This document shows, piece after piece, positions 19,870-29,236 of a stretch of DNA of 32,000 nucleotides; position 1 is the stretch's first letter, and every line of letters starts with the position of its first letter. Where the stretch lies: positions 327,497 to 359,496 of the forward strand of contig NZ_CM001976.1 in the NCBI RefSeq assembly GCF_000406145.1. Reading direction: 5' to 3'. Origin of the DNA: Dickeya dadantii NCPPB 898. GTDB lineage: Bacteria > Pseudomonadota > Gammaproteobacteria > Enterobacterales > Enterobacteriaceae. The position numbers and the translations under genes were made by a program. The notes below the pieces were generated by a model. That model saw nothing but the letters and a program-made list of their open reading frames with translations. It was not told where the DNA came from and did not search any database.

Positions 19870-20615
19870 GGTCAGCAGGCCTATTTGGGAAGGGCCGATT
19901 GGGACGACTAGCCGCTTGTGTCCGGCGTTGGGTGTTGCGCATCTTCATTGGCGTCGTTGCGATGTGGCTGGCGGCGATCCTGCTGTTTGCCTTTCTGCCC
20001 GTTCCCTTTTCCGCCGTGATGATCGATCGCCAGCTTAGCGCCTGGCTGAGCGGCGATTTTGCTTATGTAGCGCATTCGGACTGGGTATCGATGGATGAGA
20101 TCGCCGCAGTGGCGCCACTAGCGGTCATTGCAGCGGAAGATCAGAAATTTCCCCAGCATTGGGGGTTCGATTTTGATGCGATTTCGGCGGCGCTCAGGCA
20201 TAACGAACGACACGAAAATCGTATTCGCGGCGCATCCACTTTGTCGCAGCAGACGGTAAAAAACCTGTTGTTGTGGGATGGGCGCAGCTGGGTGCGTAAA
20301 GGGCTGGAGGCCGGTTTGACGGCGGTGGTTGAGCTGGTATGGACCAAACGCCGTATTCTGACGGTTTACCTGAATATTGCCGAGTTTGGGCCTGGAATTT
20401 TCGGCATAGAAGCCGCATCGCGTCAGTTCTTCAATAAACCGGCGAGCCGGCTGACGGCATCGGAAGCGGCGATGCTGGCGGCGGTGTTGCCGAACCCAAT
20501 CCGCTATCGCGCCAGTAAACCCTCTGGCTATGTCATGCGGCGTCAGCAATGGATTTTGCGCCAGATGAGTCAGATCGGCGGAGAAAATTTTCTGGAAGCG
20601 AACCGGCTTTATTAA
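19866..20615 (+). CDS. mtgA: Monofunctional peptidoglycan glycosyltransferase
   Basis: The 249-aa ORF has GT51 motifs [28 protein letters not shown] and RKGLEAGLT...[14 protein letters not shown]. Its start overlaps the elbB stop (ATGA at 19866-19869). Confidence 0.95.
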   Translation: MRSAGLFGKGRLGRLAACVRRWVLRIFIGVVAMWLAAILLFAFLPVPFSAVMIDRQLSAWLSGDFAYVAHSDWVSMDEIAAVAPLAVIAAEDQKFPQHWGFDFDAISAALRHNERHENRIRGASTLSQQTVKNLLLWDGRSWVRKGLEAGLTAVVELVWTKRRILTVYLNIAEFGPGIFGIEAASRQFFNKPASRLTASEAAMLAAVLPNPIRYRASKPSGYVMRRQQWILRQMSQIGGENFLEANRLY

Positions 20616-20708
20616 CAAACCTGATTGACTGATAAATTTTTTCCAATGAGCGGTTTCCCTTTCCTGTGTCCGTATAGGAAATCACGACCGCATGAACAGG
20701 GGGGAATA

Positions 20709-22010
20709 ATGCGGTATGGCCTGGTTTTTCTGATGACGCTTTCGCTGTGGGGCCTGGAGGTATCTGCCGCCGCAGTTAGTGTTAAAAACGACAATTCTGC
20801 TTATGTATTTTTACAGGCAGACAAACTTGCTCAGGTAAAACAGCAGTTGCGCAACCAGAGTGCGCCGCCGCAGATGCAGCTCGCTTATCAGCAGTTATTG
20901 CGGGCGGCGGATAGCGCCATGAAAAAACCTGATCTGTCGGTTACTCAAAAACTTTCAATGCCGCCCGGCGGTAATCGCCATGATTATTTGAGTCTGGCAG
21001 CTTACTGGTGGCCCGATCCGCAGCGGGAAGACGGCTTACCCTGGGTTCGACACGACGGCAAGGTGAACCCGGCGACCAAGGGCGAGGAGACGGATGCTAT
21101 CCGCCTGGCGACGTTTACCGATCGGGTGCAAGTACTGGCGCTGGCCTGGTATTTCTCGGATCGCCCCGAATATGCCGCTAAAGCTGCTTCCATGATTCGC
21201 ACCTGGTTTATTACGCCTGACACGCGTATGAACCCTAATCTAAATTATGCGCAGGCCATTCCGGGCAGAAACGACGGACGGGGGGCTGGCGTGCTCGACG
21301 GCCGTTTCTTCGCTACCCGCATCGTGGATGCGCTGGTCATGTTGCGACAGGCGCCGGGATGGAGTGTCAGTGACGAGCAGCAGATGCGACAGTGGATGAC
21401 AGACTACCTGCACTGGTTGCTGACCAGCCATAACGGCAAACAGGAGGCCGCGGCAAAGAATAATCATGGCAGTTGGTACACGGTGCAGGTAGCGGGCATC
21501 GCTGCTTATCTGGGCCAGCCGGAAACGGTGAAGGCGATGGCGGCATTGCAGCGCCATAAGCTCGACCATCAACTGGCGGCGGATGGTTCGCAACCGGAGG
21601 AACTGGCGCGCACCCGGTCGTTCCATTACAGCGGCTTCAATCTGCAAGCCGTTAGTATGATGGCGGCCGTGGCAGGGAAGTACGGCGATAATCTGTGGCT
21701 GTATCGTACCCCCAACGGCAGCAGCCTGCTGTCGGCTCTGGATTTCATGGCGCCTTATCTGGATGAGTCCAGACCCTGGCCTTATAAAACCATGGGACGA
21801 GAGGGCAGCCCGCTGATTCCGCTAATGATGCAGGCCGAACAGGCTATCGGTTCTCCCCGTTATCAGGCGGCTATCAGGCAGGCAGGGTTTGCGCCGTTGT
21901 TGACAGGAGCGTCGGAAGGGAAAAAAGATGCCGAGGTCAGCGTTGATACCCGCCGCCGCATCTGGTTGCTGTCGCCGCCATCGAGTGCGGGAAATACGCC
22001 TACGCCATGA
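20709..22010 (+). CDS. Secreted alginate lyase family (Pfam Alginate_lyase, PL5-like fold) polysaccharide lyase; substrate unknown
   Basis: The ATG at 20709 is preceded by AGGGGGGA and gives the signal peptide MRYGLVFLMTLSLWGLEVSAAA. KNNHGSWY resembles the PL5 NNHSYW motif, and ELARTRSFHYSGFNL resembles the Arg/His/Tyr catalytic segment of A1-III-type lyases. The track ORF start at 20625 is probably upstream read-through. Confidence 0.75.
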   Translation: MRYGLVFLMTLSLWGLEVSAAAVSVKNDNSAYVFLQADKLAQVKQQLRNQSAPPQMQLAYQQLLRAADSAMKKPDLSVTQKLSMPPGGNRHDYLSLAAYWWPDPQREDGLPWVRHDGKVNPATKGEETDAIRLATFTDRVQVLALAWYFSDRPEYAAKAASMIRTWFITPDTRMNPNLNYAQAIPGRNDGRGAGVLDGRFFATRIVDALVMLRQAPGWSVSDEQQMRQWMTDYLHWLLTSHNGKQEAAAKNNHGSWYTVQVAGIAAYLGQPETVKAMAALQRHKLDHQLAADGSQPEELARTRSFHYSGFNLQAVSMMAAVAGKYGDNLWLYRTPNGSSLLSALDFMAPYLDESRPWPYKTMGREGSPLIPLMMQAEQAIGSPRYQAAIRQAGFAPLLTGASEGKKDAEVSVDTRRRIWLLSPPSSAGNTPTP

Positions 22011-22068
22011 TTAACGGGGGAAATGTTTAGAACGGCAGGCGCCTGCAGCCACCTGCCGGATGGTCACT

Positions 22069-22088
22069 GGCGGCCGTGATGGGCCGCC
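22069..22088. terminator. GC-rich hairpin in the convergent lyase/dolP spacer (weak terminator candidate)
   Basis: The stem GGCGGCC (22069-22075) / GGCCGCC (22082-22088) has a 6-nt loop. A second palindrome GCAGGCGCCTGC lies at 22036-22047. There is no U-tract in either direction. Confidence 0.3.
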
Positions 22089-22102
22089 GTATGGAGAGGG
22101 AG

Positions 22103-22678
22103 TTAGTCGAGGTAGCTGAACGCGGTCGTCACGTGTTTGACGCCGCCGACTTTGCTGGCGATCTGGGCCGCTGATGTGCCTTCACGACGCGTCACCAGAC
22201 CCAACAGGAATACTTCGCCGTTTTCGGTGGTGACCTTCACGTTGGAGGATTTTACAGTGTCGCTGGCCAGCAACTGAGAACGCACTTTGGTGGTGATCCA
22301 GGTATCCATGGAGGCGGTGCCCAGCGAAATCGGCGTGCCTTTGCGGATTTCGTTATACACCTCGGTAGTGCCTTCCACGCCCATGGCGATTTGTTTGGCC
22401 CGGCTGGCCAGTTCGGTCGAAGGCGCCTGACCGGTCAACAGCACCTTGCCCTGGTAGGCGGTGACGGAGATCCGCGCTTCTTTGCTTAATTGTGTGTCTT
22501 TGCTCAGCGCGTTGGATACCCTGACTTCCAGCGTGCCGTCGTCGACCTGGGTGCCGACAGTCCGTGGATCGGTCGCGGATTTGGTTGCGACCGCCGCGCT
22601 GCCAATCGCAACAGCGCCAATACAGCCCTGTAGCATCAGACAGGCAGACAGCACGGCAATGCAAGAGTAGATCCTCAT
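22103..22678 (-). CDS. dolP: Outer-membrane lipoprotein DolP (YraP), dual BON domain
   Basis: The ATG at 22678 has AAGGAG 6 nt upstream. MRIYSCIAVLSACLMLQGC carries the lipobox. The 191-aa product is collinear with E. coli DolP (DPRTVGTQVDDGTLEVRV..., KVTTENGEVFLLGLV). Confidence 0.93.
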   Translation of the reverse strand: MRIYSCIAVLSACLMLQGCIGAVAIGSAAVATKSATDPRTVGTQVDDGTLEVRVSNALSKDTQLSKEARISVTAYQGKVLLTGQAPSTELASRAKQIAMGVEGTTEVYNEIRKGTPISLGTASMDTWITTKVRSQLLASDTVKSSNVKVTTENGEVFLLGLVTRREGTSAAQIASKVGGVKHVTTAFSYLD

Positions 22679-22688
22679 GGAGTGCTCC

Positions 22689-23279
22689 TTAATCGTTCTG
22701 GTGTGGGAAAAGCGTGTTATCAATCAAATCGCACAAACAGTTGACGGTCAGCATATGCATTTCCTGAATGCGGGCGCTACGGTGCGACGGGATGCGGATT
22801 TCCACATCCTGCTGGCCCAGCAAGCCCGCCAGCTCACCGCCATCATAGCCGGTCAGGGCCACAATGGTCATGTCCCGCGTGACGGCGGCTTCCACCGCTT
22901 TGACGATATCACGGCTGTTGCCGCGCGTGGATATCGCCAGCAGCACATCGCCCGCCTGACCCAGCGCCCGCACCTGCTTGGCATAGACTTCTTCATGCAG
23001 GCGATCGTTGGCGATAGCCGTTAAGACCACGTTATCGGCATTAAGTGCAATCGCCGGCAGACTGGGCCGCTCGGTTTCAAAACGATTAATCATACTGGCG
23101 GCAAAATGCTGTGCGTTGGCGGCAGACGTACCGTTACCACAGCACAGGATTTTGTTGCCATTGAGCAGCGACTGCACCATCGCCAGCGCGGCGCGCGAAA
23201 TGGCGTCCGGTAGCGCTTCCGCCGCGGCTATTTGGGTTTGGATACTTTCCGTGAAACAGACTTTAATTCTCTCCAGCAC
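22689..23279 (-). CDS. diaA: DnaA initiator-associating protein DiaA (SIS domain)
   Basis: The 196-aa ORF contains [24 protein letters not shown]...[36 protein letters not shown] and is near-identical to E. coli DiaA. Confidence 0.95.
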   Translation of the reverse strand: MLERIKVCFTESIQTQIAAAEALPDAISRAALAMVQSLLNGNKILCCGNGTSAANAQHFAASMINRFETERPSLPAIALNADNVVLTAIANDRLHEEVYAKQVRALGQAGDVLLAISTRGNSRDIVKAVEAAVTRDMTIVALTGYDGGELAGLLGQQDVEIRIPSHRSARIQEMHMLTVNCLCDLIDNTLFPHQND

Positions 23280-23316
23280 GTTCTGTTAACCTGTTTTGAA
23301 GTTGAAAATCATGATG

Positions 23317-23823
23317 TTACTCAGACTGCCCAAACGCGTTGGGCAACCACTCCACCTGTGAGCCGGTTACGGCCAGTACGTCGAAGCGGCAATCGGTGGA
23401 ATCGAAACTGGCACCCTGACGGGACAGCCATACCGCTGCGGCGCGCAGCAACGATTGCTGTTTTTGCCGGGTAATACTGGCAGCTGCGCCGCCAAAGTCA
23501 CTGTTGCGGCGATAACGAACCTCGACGAATACCCAGGCGCCGCCATCGCGCATAATCAGGTCCAGCTCGCCGCCGCGCACCGTCACATTGGCGGCCACAA
23601 AAATCAGCCCGGCGCGTTCGAGATGGCGTCGGGCCAGTTGTTCGTAGCGACCGCCGGTGATGCGCCGGTTCAGGAGGCGGGCACCAGTTGTCCCTGACGG
23701 AACTGCAGCCAGGTGAGTTTGCGGTTGACGACGCAATCCGGCGAAGTGCTCAGGACACCGGTCGCCCCGGACAGCGAGTTCCCCGGCTGATGCAACTGCG
23801 AGAAGTTGCTGGCCAGTTTCCAT
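23317..23823 (-). CDS. yraN: YraN family protein (UPF0102, predicted endonuclease fold); start codon uncertain
   Basis: The conserved core is [49 protein letters not shown]...CRFDVLAV. The only ATG/GTG/TTG upstream of this core is the ATG at 23823, which overlaps lpoA by 154 nt. A 131-aa product like the E. coli protein would require the CTG at 23712-23710. Confidence 0.75.
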   Translation of the reverse strand: METGQQLLAVASAGELAVRGDRCPEHFAGLRRQPQTHLAAVPSGTTGARLLNRRITGGRYEQLARRHLERAGLIFVAANVTVRGGELDLIMRDGGAWVFVEVRYRRNSDFGGAAASITRQKQQSLLRAAAVWLSRQGASFDSTDCRFDVLAVTGSQVEWLPNAFGQSE

Positions 23824-25721
23824 GCGTCCATCCCCATGGCAAACAGCCGCACCAGCGAGTAATCGTTGCGGAACTGCGTGCTGATTTGTTGCATCAGCGC
23901 CGGGCTGGCGCCAGTCAACAGCGGAATATCGCTGAACTGCAATCCTTCCATTTCAAACCGGAAATCCGGCCCCAGACCAGCCTGATAGCTGCGTGAGCTG
24001 GCGTAGAGCGCCGGGCGCAGCGCGCCTTTGTTGCGCATGTCGATCATCGGCTTGAGCAGCGTCAGCTCATCCGGCGTGGCGATAATATAAACCGCATCCA
24101 CGTTGCCGTCGCTGGTGGCGGTGGCTATCGGCGGCGCCTGATTCGGTATGGTCAGCCCGCCAACCGTGGTGGAGGGCTGGGGGGCGGAAGCGGCGGTGAT
24201 AACCGGTTGGCCGTTGAGCGGAATCCCCGCGCCGCTGTTGAGCGCCTGTTTCAGGTCATACACGCCGCCGGTGCGCTGCTGCAATACCACGCCGCCTGCC
24301 TGCTGTTGCCAGGACTTGGCGAAAGCGGCCACTACCCTGTCTCCCAGATTGCCGCGCGGCGCCAGAATCAGCGGATGCTGCTTACCCTGCTTGTGGATGA
24401 ATTGCGCCGCGTCGGCGGCTTCGTCTTCCGGCGACAGAGCAAAATAGCAGATATTTGGATTAGGTTGGATGTGTTCCGGCTGATTCAGCGCCAGCACATT
24501 CAGGGTCGGGTTGAGCCCCGGCAACTGTTCCACTTCGTTTTTGAGCAACGGCCCGACGATGGTGGTGGCGCCGTCTTTCTGCGCCTGGGCAATGACATTG
24601 GCCAACGCCTGATTAGAGGTGTCGTAGACTTTTACTGGAATGGTACCGGCCGCCGCAGTCGTTAAAGCCGGAACGGCGGTTGCCGTTGTTGAAGGCGCTG
24701 ACGAGGTCGTCGGGGCAGCCGGCGATGTGCCGCTCATATCCGGCGTCGGCGTAGCGGGCGCCGCCGGGCTGGCTGTCGTCGCTGCGGTACTGGCCGATTG
24801 CGCCGTCTGAACAGGCATCGCCAGCGAAACCTGTCCGCTTCTGGCGGCGCTAAACCCTTGCTGAATCGCATTGGCGAAGACCTGCGCCTGCCCGTTCAGC
24901 GGCAACAGCAACGCGATGGCGTTGCCGCCGGCGGGGGCATTGTCCCCCGGCTGCGCTGCTGCGGCGGGCGGGGTGCCGCCCAACTGAGACGGCAGTTGTT
25001 TGGCCGCCGGATGGCGTGGGTAGCGCCTCTTCCAGTCTTCTATCGCAGCCTGCAGGTCAGAGGGAACCTGAGCTTTGGTCTGCCAGAGATTGAGCAGGTC
25101 GAGCCAGCCTTGCAGGGTATTTTCATCGACATTGATCACCATCGATCCCATATCCTGCTGGGTGAGGCGGGTTAATGCGGCCCAGGTCTGATCGATGTTG
25201 CGTTGATGGGCATCCCCCTGCAACAACGGTTCCTGCCCAATGTAAGCGCGGATCAGCGTCAGCGATGGGCGATCCTGGGCGGCTTTGATTTGCGTCTGGT
25301 AGTAGCGTTCCTGCTGTTGGGGCGACAGCGACTTCACATCCAACTGGGCCAGCGTACTGTTGGCGGCATTCAGATCGTTCTGCGCGACGGCCAGTTCGGC
25401 GAGCAACAGCCGCTGTTCCTGACGCTGCTTGTCGTTCAACTGCGACGGCAAGGCGTTCAACTGACCGTTGGCCTGGGGGAGTTTGCCTTCCTGAATCAGG
25501 GCATGAATCGCAAGTAATTGCCAGTCAGCCTTGCTATCATCACCGCTTTGCTGCATCTGCTGCAGGTAGTAATCGGAAGAAGCGCCGGCTTTGCCCTCTA
25601 CGTGCTGCTGGGTTGCAGTGCCTTGCGGGGCCTGGCTGGGACAGCCGGCGAGAAACAGTGCCGCCAGCATGACAGGAACCAAACGGCCTGCATGGGTACG
25701 GACAGAATTTAACGGAAGCAT
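23670..25721 (-). CDS. lpoA: Penicillin-binding protein 1A activator lipoprotein LpoA
   Basis: The 683-aa ORF has the lipobox LFLAGC, an N-terminal TPR-like region ([30 protein letters not shown]), an Ala/Pro/Thr linker and a C-terminal domain ([20 protein letters not shown]). It is collinear with E. coli LpoA and divergent from rsmI. Confidence 0.93.
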   Translation of the reverse strand: MLPLNSVRTHAGRLVPVMLAALFLAGCPSQAPQGTATQQHVEGKAGASSDYYLQQMQQSGDDSKADWQLLAIHALIQEGKLPQANGQLNALPSQLNDKQRQEQRLLLAELAVAQNDLNAANSTLAQLDVKSLSPQQQERYYQTQIKAAQDRPSLTLIRAYIGQEPLLQGDAHQRNIDQTWAALTRLTQQDMGSMVINVDENTLQGWLDLLNLWQTKAQVPSDLQAAIEDWKRRYPRHPAAKQLPSQLGGTPPAAAAQPGDNAPAGGNAIALLLPLNGQAQVFANAIQQGFSAARSGQVSLAMPVQTAQSASTAATTASPAAPATPTPDMSGTSPAAPTTSSAPSTTATAVPALTTAAAGTIPVKVYDTSNQALANVIAQAQKDGATTIVGPLLKNEVEQLPGLNPTLNVLALNQPEHIQPNPNICYFALSPEDEAADAAQFIHKQGKQHPLILAPRGNLGDRVVAAFAKSWQQQAGGVVLQQRTGGVYDLKQALNSGAGIPLNGQPVITAASAPQPSTTVGGLTIPNQAPPIATATSDGNVDAVYIIATPDELTLLKPMIDMRNKGALRPALYASSRSYQAGLGPDFRFEMEGLQFSDIPLLTGASPALMQQISTQFRNDYSLVRLFAMGMDAWKLASNFSQLHQPGNSLSGATGVLSTSPDCVVNRKLTWLQFRQGQLVPAS

Positions 25722-25780
25722 ACTGTATCCAGTGATGTTTTAACGATGCTCAATATTAAATCGGCAAACCGGATGAAACA

Positions 25781-26650
25781 ATGAATCAAGACCAACAAGC
25801 ACAGATTTCCGCCTCCACGCTTTACATTGTTCCCACGCCTATCGGCAATCTGGCAGATATCACGCAGCGGGCGTTGGCGGTGTTGCAACAGGTTGATCTT
25901 ATTGCAGCAGAAGATACTCGTCATACCGGTTTATTGTTACAACATTTCGCAATTAATGCGCGCCTGTTCGCACTCCATGACCACAATGAACAGCAAAAGG
26001 CGGAGCAATTGCTGGCGCGGTTGCAACAGGGCATGAGTATCGCGCTGGTGTCGGATGCCGGCACACCGCTGATTAACGACCCCGGTTATCATCTGGTGCG
26101 CCGCTGTCGAGAAGCCGGCGTGCGCGTAGTGCCGTTACCGGGGCCGTGCGCGGCGATTACCGCGTTGTCCGCCGCCGGTCTGCCGTCGGATCGCTTTTGT
26201 TATGAAGGGTTTCTGCCAGCGAAAACCAAGGCGCGTAAAGATACGCTGCGTGACCTGCTGGAGGAGCCGCGCACCCTGATTTTCTACGAGTCAACCCACC
26301 GGCTGCTGGATAGCCTGCAGGACATGGTCGACGTCTGGGGCCCGGAGCGTTACGTGGTGCTGGCGCGTGAGCTGACCAAAACCTGGGAGTCGCTGTACGG
26401 TGCTCCGGTGGCGGAACTGCTGGCGTGGGTGCAGGACGATGACAACCGCCGTAAAGGCGAGATGGTGCTGATCGTGGAAGGGCATCGGCCTGACGAAGAG
26501 GCGCTGTCTGCGGCGGCGTTGCGTACGCTGCAATTGTTGCGGGCGGAGCTGCCGCTAAAGAAGGCGGCGGCGCTGGCGGCGGAGATTCATGGCGTGAAGA
26601 AGAACGCGCTGTATCGTTACGGGCTGGAGCAGGAAGACGGTCACGCATAA
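25781..26650 (+). CDS. rsmI: 16S rRNA (cytidine1402-2'-O)-methyltransferase
   Basis: The 289-aa ORF reads [43 protein letters not shown]...FYESTHRL and is near-identical to E. coli RsmI. Confidence 0.95.
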   Translation: MNQDQQAQISASTLYIVPTPIGNLADITQRALAVLQQVDLIAAEDTRHTGLLLQHFAINARLFALHDHNEQQKAEQLLARLQQGMSIALVSDAGTPLINDPGYHLVRRCREAGVRVVPLPGPCAAITALSAAGLPSDRFCYEGFLPAKTKARKDTLRDLLEEPRTLIFYESTHRLLDSLQDMVDVWGPERYVVLARELTKTWESLYGAPVAELLAWVQDDDNRRKGEMVLIVEGHRPDEEALSAAALRTLQLLRAELPLKKAAALAAEIHGVKKNALYRYGLEQEDGHA

Positions 26651-26656
26651 TCAGGG

Positions 26657-26685
26657 ATGACAAGCCGGCCGATTTGCCCTATTAT
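26657..26685 (+). promoter_or_regulatory. Candidate rnpB promoter
   Basis: ATGACA (26657-26662) is followed by a 17-nt spacer and TATTAT (26680-26685). The mature 5' G of the RNA at 26693 lies 7 nt downstream. Confidence 0.5.
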
Positions 26686-26692
26686 CCGCGCC

Positions 26693-27073
<381 letters not shown>

Positions 27074-27088
27074 CTTTCTAAAACAATA

Positions 27089-27135
27089 CGTTGGCGTGTT
27101 TCAGGTACTTCACAGCGAAGTGAAACACGCCAACG
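27089..27135 (+). terminator. Long hairpin immediately downstream of rnpB (probable terminator or processing structure)
   Basis: A perfect 15-bp stem joins CGTTGGCGTGTTTCA (27089-27103) and TGAAACACGCCAACG (27121-27135) with a 17-nt loop. No strong U-tract follows. Confidence 0.5.
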
Positions 27136-27335
27136 GTTGTCTCTTCCCGATTATCCCCAGCATGGCAGGGGCGATTACCTGCGTTTTCTATTTTTCTCTG
27201 ATTTTTCCAGGCGTGCGTTATCCGTTTCCCGGTTGGATGTGTTTATTGTCGCAAGCGTCTATTCATGGGGGATTAATTGACTTGCGGGGGCTGGCTGCGG
27301 TGATACATTGAAACAAATGACACGAGGAGCCGATT

Positions 27336-28145
27336 ATGCTGAATAAAGATACGAAACTTTGCATTTCTCTTTCAGGCCGCCCAAGTAATATAGGTACACG
27401 ATTTCATAATTACCTTTATCAAAAGCTTGATCTCGACTTTATATATAAGGCGTTTACTACCAGTGATATTGAGCACGCAGTAAAAGGCGTTCGTGCATTG
27501 GGAATCCGTGGTTGTTCGGTATCCATGCCTTTTAAAGAAAGTTGTATTCCTTTTATTGATACGCTGTCGGATTCAGCCAAAGCCATCGATTCTGTTAATA
27601 CTATTGTCAATGAGAACGGTCATTTGACCGCTTACAATACAGATTATATTGCTGTTAAATATTTGATTAACCAAAACCTCAAAGATAAAACCATGCACGT
27701 GCTGATAAAAGGCAGCGGCGGTATGGCTAAAGCGGTTATTGCCGCATTCCGTGATAGTGACTTTCGGCAAGTGACTATTCTGGCGAGAAATGAAGAACGT
27801 GGGCTTTCTCTTGCGAATAAATATGGTTTTCAATGGTGCCGGGATGCGGCAGGTATAAAGGCGGATATTCTGGTGAATGTCACGCCTGTTGGCATGACCG
27901 GCGGGGAAGAACAAAATCAGCTGGCATTTACCGAAGATCAAATACGCATCGCCAGCCATATTTTTGACGTTGTGGCTTTCCCTGCGGAAACACCATTAAT
28001 TCAGCTCGCCAGAAAGGGCGATAAACCGGTTATTACCGGCGCTCAGGTCATTGCATTGCAGGCATTGGAACAATTTGCTCTTTATACCGGGATTCGGCCC
28101 AGCGAGGCCTTAATGCAGGAAGCCTCCGTATATTCCCGGTCCTGA
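27336..28145 (+). CDS. Shikimate dehydrogenase-like protein (SdhL/HI0607-type AroE paralogue)
   Basis: The 269-aa ORF begins MLNKDTKLCISLSGRPSNIGTRFHNYLYQKLDLDFIYKAFTT...ALGIRGCSVSMPFKE...SVNTIVNENGHLTAYNTDY, followed by the Rossmann motif GSGGMAKAV. The N-terminus closely resembles the Haemophilus SdhL sequence as I recall it. GAGGAG lies 7 nt upstream. GC is markedly lower than in the neighbours. Confidence 0.8.
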   Translation: MLNKDTKLCISLSGRPSNIGTRFHNYLYQKLDLDFIYKAFTTSDIEHAVKGVRALGIRGCSVSMPFKESCIPFIDTLSDSAKAIDSVNTIVNENGHLTAYNTDYIAVKYLINQNLKDKTMHVLIKGSGGMAKAVIAAFRDSDFRQVTILARNEERGLSLANKYGFQWCRDAAGIKADILVNVTPVGMTGGEEQNQLAFTEDQIRIASHIFDVVAFPAETPLIQLARKGDKPVITGAQVIALQALEQFALYTGIRPSEALMQEASVYSRS

Positions 28146-28323
28146 CGGACGTGCAACGTATTACGCCGCAGGTTGTCTATCGGCCGGTTACGTGTACGTG
28201 GCCAGCGATCGTCAAATTTATTGACAATCATCATCATGGGAATCCGACTGTATCGATGAAACAGTAGAGGTAAAGTAATCCCCATCGGTACTTTTTACCC
28301 ACACTATTATTAAGGATACCTCT

Positions 28324-29112
28324 ATGAGCACTTCCCGGATGCCAGCACTGTTTTTGGGCCACGGTAGCCCGATGAATGCGCTGGATGAAAATGACTACAC
28401 GCTGGCCTGGCGTAAACTGGGAGAAACCCTGCCGCGGCCGAAGGCGATCGTAGCGGTATCCGCGCATTGGTATACCCGCGGCACCGCGGTCACCGCGATG
28501 GATAAGCCGCGCACCATTCATGATTTTGGCGGCTTCCCGCAGGCGTTGTTTGATACCCAGTACCCGGCTCCCGGCGCCCCGGACGTAGCTAAGCGGGTGC
28601 AGGACGTTCTGGCGCCGGTGTCGGTGTATGCGGATCATCAGGAGTGGGGGCTGGATCACGGCACCTGGGGCGTGTTGATCAAAGTGTATCCGGAGGCGGA
28701 TATTCCGGTGGTGCAACTGAGCGTCGACGGCACCAAGCCGCCCGCTTACCACTATGAGCTGGGCCGTAAGTTGGCCGCGTTGCGTGACGAAGGCATCATG
28801 ATCGTCGCCAGCGGCAACGTGGTGCACAACCTGCGGATGATCAAATGGAACGGCGATGGCGCACCTTATGGCTGGGCGACCTCGTTCAACGATTTTGTTC
28901 GCAGCAATTTGGCCTGGCAGGGCGACGCGGCGAAGCACCCGCTGGTGAACTTCATGCAACACAATGACGCGGCGCTGTCTAATCCGACGCCGGATCATTT
29001 CCTGCCGCTGCTGTATGTGCTCGGTAGCTGGGACGGTCAGGAACCGGTATCCACACCGACGGACGGTATTGTGATGGGGTCGCTCAGCATGATGTCGGTG
29101 CAGGTTGGATAA
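28324..29112 (+). CDS. ygiD: 4,5-DOPA dioxygenase extradiol (class III extradiol dioxygenase) YgiD
   Basis: The 262-aa ORF reads RMPALFLGHGSPMNAL...VSAHWYTRGTAVTAM...IHDFGGFPQALFDTQYPAPG...SGNVVHNL...NPTPDHFLPLLYVLG and is collinear with E. coli YgiD. Confidence 0.92.
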   Translation: MSTSRMPALFLGHGSPMNALDENDYTLAWRKLGETLPRPKAIVAVSAHWYTRGTAVTAMDKPRTIHDFGGFPQALFDTQYPAPGAPDVAKRVQDVLAPVSVYADHQEWGLDHGTWGVLIKVYPEADIPVVQLSVDGTKPPAYHYELGRKLAALRDEGIMIVASGNVVHNLRMIKWNGDGAPYGWATSFNDFVRSNLAWQGDAAKHPLVNFMQHNDAALSNPTPDHFLPLLYVLGSWDGQEPVSTPTDGIVMGSLSMMSVQVG

Positions 29113-29153
29113 CGACCGACCGTTGTAACCGGTAAAGCACCTATCGTCCGAAG

Positions 29154-29181
29154 CACTTATCGCCCGAAAGGGCGATAAGTG
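29154..29181. terminator. Hairpin in the convergent ygiD/ygiC spacer
   Basis: A perfect 12-bp stem joins CACTTATCGCCC and GGGCGATAAGTG with a GAAA loop. There is no clear U-tract in either direction. Confidence 0.4.
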
Positions 29182-29236
29182 GGGGTGGTGCGAGGTAGCG
29201 GTGTTAAGTATTAAGTACTAATGCTAAGTGCCGGTG

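Noticed and set aside
24629-24824. An Ala/Thr/Pro/Ser-rich low-complexity stretch in LpoA was considered as a possible repeat expansion.
   Set aside because: E. coli LpoA, as I recall it, carries a comparable Ala/Pro-rich linker between its two domains, so this is a normal family feature.
26157-26663. A 168-aa Pro/Ala/Arg-rich ORF lies antisense to rsmI.
   Set aside because: It is a low-complexity product opposite a well-conserved methyltransferase gene, which is the typical GC-rich antisense artefact.
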